A program made the translations under genes and the position numbers. From Nitrospirota bacterium (GTDB lineage: Bacteria > Nitrospirota > Thermodesulfovibrionia > UBA6902), in contig JACRLN010000031.1 of NCBI GenBank assembly GCA_016215115.1, positions 1,284-65,283 of the forward strand: a stretch of 64,000 bases of DNA. Reading direction: 5' to 3'. The notes beneath the pieces were generated by a model. That model saw only the letters and a program-made list of their open reading frames with translations, ran no database searches and was not told where the DNA came from. Shown here one piece after another: positions 20,255-28,811 of this stretch (positions are counted from its first letter, which is position 1; each line of letters opens with the position of its first letter).

Positions 20255-20542
20255 ATGGAAAAAGGCAGGGTTTATTTAATTATTACAGGTTTTGTGCAGG
20301 GCGTTTTTTTTCGTGCAAGCACAAGAGAAACTGCTGTAAGACTTGATCTGACGGGATGGGTGAGAAACCTGCCTGACGGGAATGTTGAAGCGGTTTTTGA
20401 AGGCCCTGTAGAAAATTTAAGACAGGCCGTTCAATGGTGCCGTCAGGGACCACGGGGCGCCAGAGTTACGAAGGTTGATGAAAAATGGCAGGATTATACA
20501 GGTGAATTTAAGAATTTTAGCATAAGATATGGCTCCCCTTGA
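20255..20542 (+). CDS. acyP: Acylphosphatase
   Basis: VQGVFFRASTRETAVRLDLTGWVRNLPDGNVE are the acylphosphatase signatures. Confidence 0.9.
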   Translation: MEKGRVYLIITGFVQGVFFRASTRETAVRLDLTGWVRNLPDGNVEAVFEGPVENLRQAVQWCRQGPRGARVTKVDEKWQDYTGEFKNFSIRYGSP

Positions 20543-20610
20543 TATATGCAGTGTTTTTAGCTAATATCAACTATCTGAATCTAAATGAAAAATCTGAAAA
20601 GAGGAAATGT

Positions 20611-21153
20611 ATGAGATTGTTTCCAAAAGTGATATTTTTTCTTGTTGCCTTAGTGCTGTTCTCAGCAGTTTCTTACAATTATGCACAGAATTTTTTACCC
20701 TGGCCTGTTGATAAAGTCATAGGAGAAAACGCACCTGATTTCATTTTAAAAGACATGTCCGGTAAAGATGTTACCCTTTTGTCATTTAAAGGAAAGCCTG
20801 TCGTTTTGAATTTCTGGGCCACATGGTGTCCATATTGCAGACAGGAAAGACCGTACCTTAAATCTCTCTATGAAGAATATAAGGATAAGGACCTTGTAAT
20901 TATAGCCGTATCGATTGACAGGTCTTCAAAAACCGTCAGAAGATTTATGGAGCAAAACCCTGCCCCGTATATGGTCCTGACGGATCCGGAAGGTATGACA
21001 GCAGCGCTATATAACGTTATGGGTTATCCAACTACCTATCTCATAAACCGGAACGGTAAAATTAACCAAAAACTTGTAGGGCCTGTAGAGTGGACGGACA
21101 GGAATATGAAAGATATCATCGATAAGTTGATTAATCAAAAAATCCAACAATAA
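20611..21153 (+). CDS. TlpA/ResA-like thiol:disulfide oxidoreductase (thioredoxin fold, signal peptide)
   Basis: VLNFWATWCPYCRQERP (WCxxC). Start chosen at ATG 20611 with ribosome-binding site GAGGAAA. The track start 20539 would overlap acyP. Confidence 0.8.
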   Translation: MRLFPKVIFFLVALVLFSAVSYNYAQNFLPWPVDKVIGENAPDFILKDMSGKDVTLLSFKGKPVVLNFWATWCPYCRQERPYLKSLYEEYKDKDLVIIAVSIDRSSKTVRRFMEQNPAPYMVLTDPEGMTAALYNVMGYPTTYLINRNGKINQKLVGPVEWTDRNMKDIIDKLINQKIQQ

Positions 21154-21183
21154 TAATGATTGTCCCATCTGTGTGACAAGAGG

Positions 21184-21340
21184 TAACCATTCAGTTATGG
21201 GTGACTAAAAAACTATTTGGATTGTCATTCCCGCGATCTGTTAAGCGGGAATCCAGAAAACAGAGAACTGGATCCCCGCTCAAAAGACTGCGGGGATGAC
21301 ACGCTTTAAACAATTATTGCCACCCGTAACTGAATGGTTA
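21184..21340. mobile_element. MITE with 20-bp terminal inverted repeats and 9-bp target-site duplication (gacaagagg) carrying the gtcattcccgc/gcgggaatccag hairpin module
   Basis: Left inverted repeat taaccattcagttatgggtg and right inverted repeat cacccgtaactgaatggtta. The direct repeat gacaagagg flanks both ends at 21175-21183 and 21342-21350. Confidence 0.8.
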
Positions 21341-21431
21341 CGACAAGAGGGTAAATTTTCTTGACAAAAAACTTTTCTATGATTAGAATTTCACACAATT
21401 AGGAAACTATCTAAAATTTAAGGAGGTAAAG

Positions 21432-21824
21432 ATGTACCCTGAAGATTTAAAGTATCACAAAGAGCATACTTGGGTAAAAGTTTCAGGGAAGAGAGCTACC
21501 GTCGGCATTACTTTTTATGCACAGGAATCTCTCGGAGATATCGTATATATTGATTCACCTGAAATTGAATCCGATGTTGAAGCGGGTTCTGAATTGACCC
21601 AGATTGAGTCTACAAAAGCAACTTCATCCGTCATAAGTCCCGTGAGTGGAACAGTACTTGAATTTAATGAAGACCTGACAGATTCTCCCGAGGTAATAAA
21701 TGAAGACCCTTATCATAAGGGCTGGATTGCTGTACTTGAGATTGCGGATGAATCAGAGCTTAATGGTCTGTTGGATGCAGCTGAATATGAAAAATATCTT
21801 GAAGAAGAGGTAAAACTCAAATAA
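21432..21824 (+). CDS. gcvH: Glycine cleavage system H protein (lipoyl carrier)
   Basis: ESTKATSSVISPVSG lipoyl-lysine motif. Ribosome-binding site AAGGAGG. Confidence 0.9.
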   Translation: MYPEDLKYHKEHTWVKVSGKRATVGITFYAQESLGDIVYIDSPEIESDVEAGSELTQIESTKATSSVISPVSGTVLEFNEDLTDSPEVINEDPYHKGWIAVLEIADESELNGLLDAAEYEKYLEEEVKLK

Positions 21825-23209
21825 TGAAAGTTACAGTTATCGGAGCCGGCCCGGGAGGCTATGTTGCAGCCATAAGAGCTGCACAGCGCGGCGCTGAAGT
21901 TACGGTTATTGAGGAAGGTGAAGTAGGCGGTACATGTCTTAACTGGGGCTGTATACCGACAAAAACCCTTATTGCATCAGCCGAAGTCCTGCACAAGGCA
22001 AAGAACGCTGAAGACTTCGGTCTTGAACTCAGCGGGACTGTCTTGCCGAATATCCGGAAAATTATGGAGAGAAAGAAAAAAGTTGTGGACACCCAGATCA
22101 AAGGAATCAGGGGACTTTTAAAATCATGGGGTATAAAACTTCTGGAGGGCAGGGGGGTTATAATAAATCAGAAAAAGATTAAGGTCATGCTCAAAGACGG
22201 CGCTGCCCAGGAAATTGATACGGATAAGATTATTATTGCAACAGGCTCAAAACCGGCGCAAATACCCGTGTTTCCTTTTGACGGGAAAAGGATTTTATCA
22301 AGCGATCATGCTATCAATCTCGACGTTATCCCCCAAAGCCTCCTCATTGTCGGAGCCGGTGTAATAGGCTGCGAGTTTGCATTTATATATAGAGAATTTG
22401 GTTCCGAAGTAACAATGGTCGAGATGATGCCGCGCGCGGTCTCGACTGAGGATGAAGAAATCTCCGCGCTTCTTGAAAGAGAGTTAAAGAAAAACAAGAT
22501 AAAACTGATAACAAATACAGGCGTTCAAAAGGTTGATGTCAAAGAAGACAGTGTTACCGCTACGCTCTCTGACGGCAAGACCATAGACGCAGAAAAAGTT
22601 CTTGTCTCAATCGGAAGGTCAGTAAACAGTAAGAATATCGGTCTCGAAAGCATCGGCGTGAATACAGGCAAGAGGGGCGAAATTTTTGTAAACGAAAAGA
22701 TGCAGACGAATATAGATGGAATTTATGCAATTGGAGACGTAGTCGGCGGAATAATGCTTGCGCATCTTGCGTCAAAGCAGGGTCTTGTTGCAGCAGAGAA
22801 TGCCACAGGTGGAAATGCAGCAATAAAATATGATGTTGTGCCCGCCGCTATATTCACAAGTCCTGAGATAGCTTCAGTAGGATTAAGAGAGCATCAGGTC
22901 AAAGAAAAAAATATTAAATATAAAGTCGGAAGATTCCAATTCAGGGCGCTTGGAAAGGCACATGCAATGGGAGAGATATCGGGGCTTTTCAAGATAATCT
23001 CTGATGAAGAAACTGATAAAATTTTAGGCGCTCACATAATAGGACCTCATGCATCCGACCTGATACATGAAGTTGCCGTTGCCATGGAAGGCGGGCTTAC
23101 AGTAAACGCTATTGCACACACCATTCACGCGCATCCCACACTCGCGGAAGGCGTCATGGAGACCGCGGAAGATGTTCATGGCATGGCAGTACATTGCCCG
23201 AAAAAGTAA
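21824..23209 (+). CDS. lpdA: Dihydrolipoyl dehydrogenase
   Basis: GGTCLNWGCIPTK redox disulfide and GAGVIGCEFA NAD site. The start overlaps the gcvH stop (TAATG). Confidence 0.9.
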   Translation: MKVTVIGAGPGGYVAAIRAAQRGAEVTVIEEGEVGGTCLNWGCIPTKTLIASAEVLHKAKNAEDFGLELSGTVLPNIRKIMERKKKVVDTQIKGIRGLLKSWGIKLLEGRGVIINQKKIKVMLKDGAAQEIDTDKIIIATGSKPAQIPVFPFDGKRILSSDHAINLDVIPQSLLIVGAGVIGCEFAFIYREFGSEVTMVEMMPRAVSTEDEEISALLERELKKNKIKLITNTGVQKVDVKEDSVTATLSDGKTIDAEKVLVSIGRSVNSKNIGLESIGVNTGKRGEIFVNEKMQTNIDGIYAIGDVVGGIMLAHLASKQGLVAAENATGGNAAIKYDVVPAAIFTSPEIASVGLREHQVKEKNIKYKVGRFQFRALGKAHAMGEISGLFKIISDEETDKILGAHIIGPHASDLIHEVAVAMEGGLTVNAIAHTIHAHPTLAEGVMETAEDVHGMAVHCPKK

Positions 23210-23316
23210 GGTCCTTATTTAATTGATTTATTTTTGTAACTGCAACCAGTAAGAACATGCCATAAAAGATCATCAAAAAAATCTTAAATTCTGGTGTTAT
23301 AATAAACACGCTTACC

Positions 23317-24147
23317 ATGCAAACAAATAAAATACAAATAGGAAATATAACTATCGGCGGACAAAACCCCCTTGCCTTTATTGCGGGGCCGTGTGTCATT
23401 GAGGGCGAAGAAACAACTTTAAGGATTGCCGGAAAACTAAAAGAATATTCAGAAAAAAACAATATTCCATTTATATTCAAAAGCTCTTATGATAAGGCTA
23501 ACAGGACCTCTGTTACTTCTTACAGGGGGCCGGGCATTGACGAGGGGTTAAGGATACTTCGGAAAGTTAAAGAAAAACATAAAGTCCTTATCCTCTCCGA
23601 CATCCATTCTGTGGGTGAAATTGTAAAGGCTGCTGATGTGCTTGATGTAATTCAGATACCGGCTTTTTTATGCAGACAGACCGATATCATTGTTGCTGCT
23701 TCAAAAACTGGCAAACCTGTCAATATAAAGAAGGGGCAGTTTCTTGCTCCGTGGGACATCAAGAATATTATAGAAAAATTTACGTCTGCAGGAAATCACA
23801 ACCTGCTTGTTACAGAAAGAGGCACCTCTTTCGGTTATAATAATCTTGTCGCAGATATGCGCTCAATTCCCATTATACAGGGTTTTGGTTTCCCCGTCAT
23901 CTATGATGCAACACATAGCGTACAGTTGCCCGGTGGCCTCGGAAACCGTTCAGGAGGACAGAGGGAATTTATTGAGCCTCTTGCAAGAGCTGCTGTGTCG
24001 GTTGGCTGCGATGCAGTTTTTATGGAAGTTCATGAAGACCCGGACCATGCGCTTTGTGATGGACCGAATATGTTGAACATCGAGAGTTTTTTTGAATTAG
24101 CAAAGAGGCTTGTTGAATTGAATAAATTGGTAAAAGGATGGGGATGA
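23317..24147 (+). CDS. kdsA: 3-deoxy-8-phosphooctulonate (KDO8P) synthase
   Basis: Length and motifs are typical of KdsA (AGPCVIEGEE...IFKSSYDKANRTS...). Confidence 0.9.
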   Translation: MQTNKIQIGNITIGGQNPLAFIAGPCVIEGEETTLRIAGKLKEYSEKNNIPFIFKSSYDKANRTSVTSYRGPGIDEGLRILRKVKEKHKVLILSDIHSVGEIVKAADVLDVIQIPAFLCRQTDIIVAASKTGKPVNIKKGQFLAPWDIKNIIEKFTSAGNHNLLVTERGTSFGYNNLVADMRSIPIIQGFGFPVIYDATHSVQLPGGLGNRSGGQREFIEPLARAAVSVGCDAVFMEVHEDPDHALCDGPNMLNIESFFELAKRLVELNKLVKGWG

Positions 24148-25112
24148 AAGACATAATCAGTCAGGCAAAGAACATCCTCAAAATTGAAGCAAATGCCGTA
24201 AGCTCACTTATAGACCGCATCAGCGAAAGCTTTATTCAGGCAATTGACATCATGCATTCATGCCACGGCAAGGTGGTAGTCACCGGGATGGGCAAGTCCG
24301 GTATTATCGGTAAAAAAATTGCAGCAACCCTTGCCTCTACCGGAACTCCGGCCTTTTATCTCAATCCCGCTGAAGGCGGTCACGGAGATGTAGGTGTTGT
24401 ATCAAAAGGCGATGTTGTTCTTGCAATATCAAACAGCGGAGAGACTGATGAAATTATCAGGTTGCTTCCGACATTAAAAAGACTGGACATCAAGATAATT
24501 GCCTTAACCGGAAATCCTCAATCAACACTTGCTAAGGCATCCGATGTTTCCCTGGACGTTTCCGTGAGGGAAGAGGCCTGTCCTATGGGTCTTGCGCCGA
24601 CGGCCTCAACAACCGCGGCCCTTGCAATGGGAGATGCATTAGCGATAACCCTTCTCAGTAAAAAAGGTTTTACAGAAGAAGATTTTGCTTTCTTTCATCC
24701 AGGAGGGAACCTGGGCCGCAGGCTTATTTTGACTGTGGAAGATCTCATGCATACAGGCAATGCTATTCCATCAGTTCACACAGATGCACTTATGAAAGAC
24801 GCGATTATGGAAATATCATCAAAACGTCTCGGGATTACCGCAGTTACAGACAAGGCTTTTAAATTGCAGGGTGTTATAACAGATGGAGACTTGAGGAGAG
24901 GACTTGAAAAGTGGGACGAGAAATTCTTTTCTCTGAAAGCAGAAGACGTCATGACTCACAGACCCAAAACAATAACAGGCCCTATGCTCGCAGCAAAGGC
25001 TGTTGCATTAATGGAGAAATATTCCATCACCGTGCTCATGGTGACCGACGAAGAGAATAATATAAAAGGCGTTCTTCATCTGCATGATCTCCTGAAGGCC
25101 GGGATAGTATGA
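24138..25112 (+). CDS. kdsD: Arabinose-5-phosphate isomerase KdsD/KpsF (SIS + tandem CBS)
   Basis: GKVVVTGMGKSGIIGKKIAATLASTG SIS motif and C-terminal CBS pair. Confidence 0.9.
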   Translation: MGMKDIISQAKNILKIEANAVSSLIDRISESFIQAIDIMHSCHGKVVVTGMGKSGIIGKKIAATLASTGTPAFYLNPAEGGHGDVGVVSKGDVVLAISNSGETDEIIRLLPTLKRLDIKIIALTGNPQSTLAKASDVSLDVSVREEACPMGLAPTASTTAALAMGDALAITLLSKKGFTEEDFAFFHPGGNLGRRLILTVEDLMHTGNAIPSVHTDALMKDAIMEISSKRLGITAVTDKAFKLQGVITDGDLRRGLEKWDEKFFSLKAEDVMTHRPKTITGPMLAAKAVALMEKYSITVLMVTDEENNIKGVLHLHDLLKAGIV

Positions 25113-25675
25113 AACTCAAAACTCAAAACTCAAAACTCAAAACAAAAAATAAAAAAAACATTAAAGAAAAAGCCCAAAAGATCAAACTCCTCATTCTCGA
25201 CGTTGACGGGGTTATGACTGATGGAAGCATTATCCTTGATAATGAAGGCAACGAATTTAAGAGATTCAATGTAAGAGACGGGCATGGCATAAAGATGTTA
25301 GGCAGAGCCGGAATAAAAACAGGGATTATTACGGGAAGAAAATCAAAGGTTGTTGAGATAAGGGCCAGGGAACTTGCCATTATAGATGTATATCAGAAGG
25401 TTTATAAAAAGTCAGCAGTTTATGATGAACTATTGAAAAAATACCGTTGCAAAGACGAAAATATAGCTTTTATGGGAGATGATATTGTCGATGTTGAACT
25501 TCTTAAAAGGGCGGGACTTTCTGCGGTGCCTGCTGATGCAGATGAAGAAACAAAAAAATATGCTGACATTGTTATGGAGAAAGACGGCGGCAGGGGAGCA
25601 GTGAGGGAATTTACGGATTTGATCTTGAAATCAACAGGCCTATGGGAAAAGGTGTCACGTGAGTTTCTCGGTTAA
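25109..25675 (+). CDS. kdsC: KDO-8-phosphate phosphatase KdsC (HAD superfamily) with heptanucleotide-repeat-encoded N-terminal extension
   Basis: LILDVDGVMTDG...NVRDGHGIKML are the KdsC motifs. The ATG overlaps the kdsD stop. (aaactca)x4 and an A-tract follow the start codon immediately. Confidence 0.85.
   Translation: MKLKTQNSKLKTKNKKNIKEKAQKIKLLILDVDGVMTDGSIILDNEGNEFKRFNVRDGHGIKMLGRAGIKTGIITGRKSKVVEIRARELAIIDVYQKVYKKSAVYDELLKKYRCKDENIAFMGDDIVDVELLKRAGLSAVPADADEETKKYADIVMEKDGGRGAVREFTDLILKSTGLWEKVSREFLG
25112..25139 (+). repeat. Heptanucleotide simple-sequence repeat (aaactca)x4 at the 5' end of kdsC
   Basis: Perfect tandem 7-mer x4 followed by aaacaaaaaataaaaaaaac. The unit length is not a multiple of 3. 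Confidence 0.8.
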
Positions 25676-26204
25676 TATTCCCACCATCATTACTTTCAGC
25701 AGGATTTTAATAATTATTCCATTTATATTGGTAGCCTCCGGTAATCCATTGCTCGGGGCCATACTCTTTGCAATTGCCGCTTTAACCGACCTTCTTGACG
25801 GTTATCTTGCAAGGAGATCACAACAGGTCACGAAATTAGGAATACTCCTTGATCCGATAGCGGACAAGCTTCTGGTAATATCAGCCATCATCGTACTGGT
25901 TGATATGGGACCTGTATCTGCGTGGATTGCCATTGTTATTATTGCAAGGGAATTTATTGTTACGGGTTTGAGGGTTGTTGCACTTTCCAAGGATATCGTA
26001 ATACCTGCTGAAATGGGTGGTAAAATAAAAGTAGTCGCACAGATAGCATCTGTACTTGTACTGTTTTTAGACAAAGACAAGACCTTTAAATCATTTATTG
26101 ATATTGATTTATACGGTATCGGAATAACGCTGCTCTGGATAGCAATGATCCTTGGCGTTGTATCAGGAATTCAGTATTTTATACTCTTCTGGAAAAGATT
26201 ATGA
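25659..26204 (+). CDS. pgsA: CDP-diacylglycerol--glycerol-3-phosphate 3-phosphatidyltransferase
   Basis: DLLDGYLARR...GILLDPIADK is the CDP-alcohol phosphatidyltransferase motif. Confidence 0.85.
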   Translation: MSFSVNIPTIITFSRILIIIPFILVASGNPLLGAILFAIAALTDLLDGYLARRSQQVTKLGILLDPIADKLLVISAIIVLVDMGPVSAWIAIVIIAREFIVTGLRVVALSKDIVIPAEMGGKIKVVAQIASVLVLFLDKDKTFKSFIDIDLYGIGITLLWIAMILGVVSGIQYFILFWKRL

Positions 26205-26863
26205 AAGATTCATTTCTTTCATTTTATCCGCTATTATATCTTCTTATTCCTGTGGGATTTATCATAGGTTCAATTCCGTTTGGGATCCTTGTAACGAAAA
26301 ATAAAGGAGTTGATCTTCGAACAACAGGCAGTAAAAACATTGGAGCTACCAATGTACTGAGGACTGCGGGTAAATTGCCGGCATTGATTACCCTTATGGG
26401 GGATGCTTTTAAAGGCGCTCTTCCTGTTTTACTCTGCAATTATATTATTGTCAATATCAGCCAGACAGCAGGCAATGCTGAACTGATAAATACTGCAAAA
26501 GATTTCTGGGGAGGCTTAGCAGGACTTACTGCAATTGCCGGACATATATTTTCAATATTCCTCTCTTTTAAAGGCGGGAAAGGCGTTGCAACCGGCTTTG
26601 GAGTACTGATTGCCTACAGTCCCGTCTCCGCAATTATTACGCTTTTTATCTGGATCGCTGTTGCCGCGATTACAAGGTATTCATCTCTTGCAGCAATCGC
26701 TGCGGTCGGTGTATTGCCGATTACTCTTGCTTTATTGGATTATTCAAAAATTAAGATTGTTTTTGCAATTCTGTTTGCCATTTTGATAATTTCAAAACAC
26801 AAGGAAAATATTAAGAGACTTATTGAAGGAAAAGAGTCGAAGATAGGGGAGAAAGAGAGATAA
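26201..26863 (+). CDS. plsY: Glycerol-3-phosphate acyltransferase PlsY
   Basis: GSKNIGATNVLRTAGK and the GHIFSIFLSFKGGKGVATGFG motifs. Confidence 0.9.
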   Translation: MKDSFLSFYPLLYLLIPVGFIIGSIPFGILVTKNKGVDLRTTGSKNIGATNVLRTAGKLPALITLMGDAFKGALPVLLCNYIIVNISQTAGNAELINTAKDFWGGLAGLTAIAGHIFSIFLSFKGGKGVATGFGVLIAYSPVSAIITLFIWIAVAAITRYSSLAAIAAVGVLPITLALLDYSKIKIVFAILFAILIISKHKENIKRLIEGKESKIGEKER

Positions 26864-26892
26864 GAGATAAGGGGTAGGGGGTAAGAGGTATA

Positions 26893-26916
26893 TAGGGGCG
26901 AGGCGGTGCCTCGCCC
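26893..26916 (+). terminator. Hairpin (taggggcgaggcggtgcctcgccc) + gatttt downstream of plsY; GTAGGGGC-family palindrome acting as a likely terminator
   Basis: Perfect 9-bp stem, GC-rich, followed by a T-rich stretch. Confidence 0.55.
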
Positions 26917-26951
26917 GATTTTGACTCGTCTATAAATAAAATAATTATACT

Positions 26952-27779
26952 ATGAAACGTGCGGTAGTATTATTAAGCGGTGGGGTTGATTCAACAACTA
27001 CCCTGGCAATTGCAAAGGCACAGGGTTTTGAAATTTACGCCCTGAGTTTTGATTACGGGCAAAGACATAAGATAGAGCTGAAATCAGCCCGTAAGATTGC
27101 AGAAAGTTTCAATGTAAAAAAACATCTCGTCATAAATTTTAATCTCAGGGACATCGGCGGCTCTGCGTTGACATCGGATGTTGAAGTACCGAAAGACAGT
27201 AACAAGTTACAAGTTACAAGTTACAAGTTAAAGAATAAGAGGTCTAATAAGTCGTTACCCGTCACTCGTCACTCGTCACTCGTCACAGATATTCCTGTCA
27301 CCTACGTTCCTGCCCGCAACACAATCTTTCTGTCCTTTGCACTTGCATGGGCGGAAGTTTTAGGTGCAGAAGATATTTTTATAGGAGCTAATGCAATTGA
27401 CTTCAGCGGTTATCCTGATTGCAGACCTGAATTTATAAAATCGTTTGAAGATATGGCAAACCTTGCAACAAAAGTTTCTGTTGAAGGGAAATGCAGATTT
27501 AAAATTCATGCGCCATTAATTAATCTTACAAAAAGTGAAATAATAAAAAAGGGAATTGAATCAGGAATTGACTATTCTCTCACATGGAGCTGCTATGACC
27601 CTCAGAAGATCAGCGCGGAAGCGCGGAAGCGCAAAAGTACAAAAGAAAAAAACTTCCTTAATGTAACTTCCGCACTTACGAACTTCCGCGCTTTTTTTGT
27701 TCCTTGCATGAAATGTGACAGTTGCCTGCTCAGGGCAAAAGGTTTCAAAGAAGCCGGAGTTAAAGACCCACTGGTATAA
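26952..27779 (+). CDS. queC: 7-cyano-7-deazaguanine synthase QueC with two in-frame repeat insertions
   Basis: [14 protein letters not shown]-loop, [14 protein letters not shown], and a zinc-site SCYDP...[10 protein letters not shown] that is interrupted by a ~35-aa insertion. 275 aa versus the typical ~225. Confidence 0.85.
   Translation: MKRAVVLLSGGVDSTTTLAIAKAQGFEIYALSFDYGQRHKIELKSARKIAESFNVKKHLVINFNLRDIGGSALTSDVEVPKDSNKLQVTSYKLKNKRSNKSLPVTRHSSLVTDIPVTYVPARNTIFLSFALAWAEVLGAEDIFIGANAIDFSGYPDCRPEFIKSFEDMANLATKVSVEGKCRFKIHAPLINLTKSEIIKKGIESGIDYSLTWSCYDPQKISAEARKRKSTKEKNFLNVTSALTNFRAFFVPCMKCDSCLLRAKGFKEAGVKDPLV
27202..27286 (+). repeat. Two heptanucleotide tandem repeats (acaagtt)x4 and (gtcactc)x3.7 inside queC
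   Basis: They encode [29 protein letters not shown], which is absent from canonical QueC between the PP-loop region and TYVPARN. Confidence 0.8.
27611..27690. mobile_element. AGCGCGGAAG...CTTCCGCGCT palindromic element (family C) inserted in frame in queC
   Basis: 10-bp perfect terminal inverted repeats and an internal (gcgcggaa)x2. Paralogous to the intergenic copy at 45694..45775. Confidence 0.7.
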
Positions 27780-27800
27780 ATCATATGATATAATTTCTAC

Positions 27801-28811
27801 ATGTATCTCCTCCCGGGAAAACTGCCTTTGGACATCCTTGAAAAATTCCTCAAGGAATATACGTCTACGAATCATGGAGTTGTAATCGGCCCTTCAATCG
27901 GGGAAGATGCCGCGGTTATAGATATAGGAGATAAATATCTCCTCGCAAAGACGGACCCCATAACTTTTGTAGCTGAGGATATCGGCAGCTATACAATATT
28001 CATTAATGCAAACGATATAGCAACAATGGGCGGAATACCCAAATGGTTTCTTGCAACCATCCTCCTGCCGGAAAAACATACAACTTCAAAGCTCGCGGAG
28101 AATATTTTTCATCAATTATCTTCTGCCTGTAAAAAAATTGATGTTGCTTTCTGCGGCGGTCATACTGAAATAACTATTGGTATAGACAGACCAATAGTTA
28201 TCGGCATGATGCTTGGTGAAGTTGATAAGAATGATCTTATAACAACTGCAGGAGCAAGGGTAGGGGATGATATTATCCTTACAAAGGCAATAGCTATTGA
28301 AGCTGTTTCGATTATTGCAAGAAAAAAGAGCCGGGAACTCATTGGTATATTTGGAGAAGAATTTGTTGATATATGCAGAAAATTCACTGAAAAACCTGGT
28401 ATAAGTATTCTCAGGGAAGCTCAAATAGCAAGACATTGTGGAGAAATTCATTCAATGCATGATCCAACTGAGGGAGGTCTGGCTACAGGACTTTATGAGG
28501 TTGCAAAGGCGGCTGACGTTGGACTCGTTATCTACGAAGACATGATACCTGTTATTGAAGAATGCAAGGTCCTGTGCAATCACTACGGGTTGAATCCTCT
28601 CGGTATTATAGCATCAGGGAGCCTTCTTATTACACTTGGTCCTAACGACACTGAACACGTTATAAGTTCATTAAATAATGAAGGGATACCCGCTTCCAGG
28701 ATAGGGAAAATTGTTTTCAAGGAGGAGGGAATAAAAATAAAGAAAGGAGACCAAATTAAAGATTTAACAAGATTTAAGAGGGATGAGATTACGAAGATAT
28801 TCGAATGCTAA
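27801..28811 (+). CDS. AIR-synthase-related (PurM/HypE/ThiL superfamily) protein
   Basis: IGEDAAVIDIGDKYLLAKTDPITF and GGHTEITIG motifs are typical of the PurM-like fold. Specific function unknown. Confidence 0.65.
   Translation: MYLLPGKLPLDILEKFLKEYTSTNHGVVIGPSIGEDAAVIDIGDKYLLAKTDPITFVAEDIGSYTIFINANDIATMGGIPKWFLATILLPEKHTTSKLAENIFHQLSSACKKIDVAFCGGHTEITIGIDRPIVIGMMLGEVDKNDLITTAGARVGDDIILTKAIAIEAVSIIARKKSRELIGIFGEEFVDICRKFTEKPGISILREAQIARHCGEIHSMHDPTEGGLATGLYEVAKAADVGLVIYEDMIPVIEECKVLCNHYGLNPLGIIASGSLLITLGPNDTEHVISSLNNEGIPASRIGKIVFKEEGIKIKKGDQIKDLTRFKRDEITKIFEC

Noticed and set aside
18862-20346. Plus-strand ORFs 18862..19620, 19118..19360 and 19969..20346
   Set aside because: Antisense to the flavodiiron protein gene. 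Their Cys/Phe/Ile-rich translations are typical of antisense frames and no ribosome-binding sites are present.
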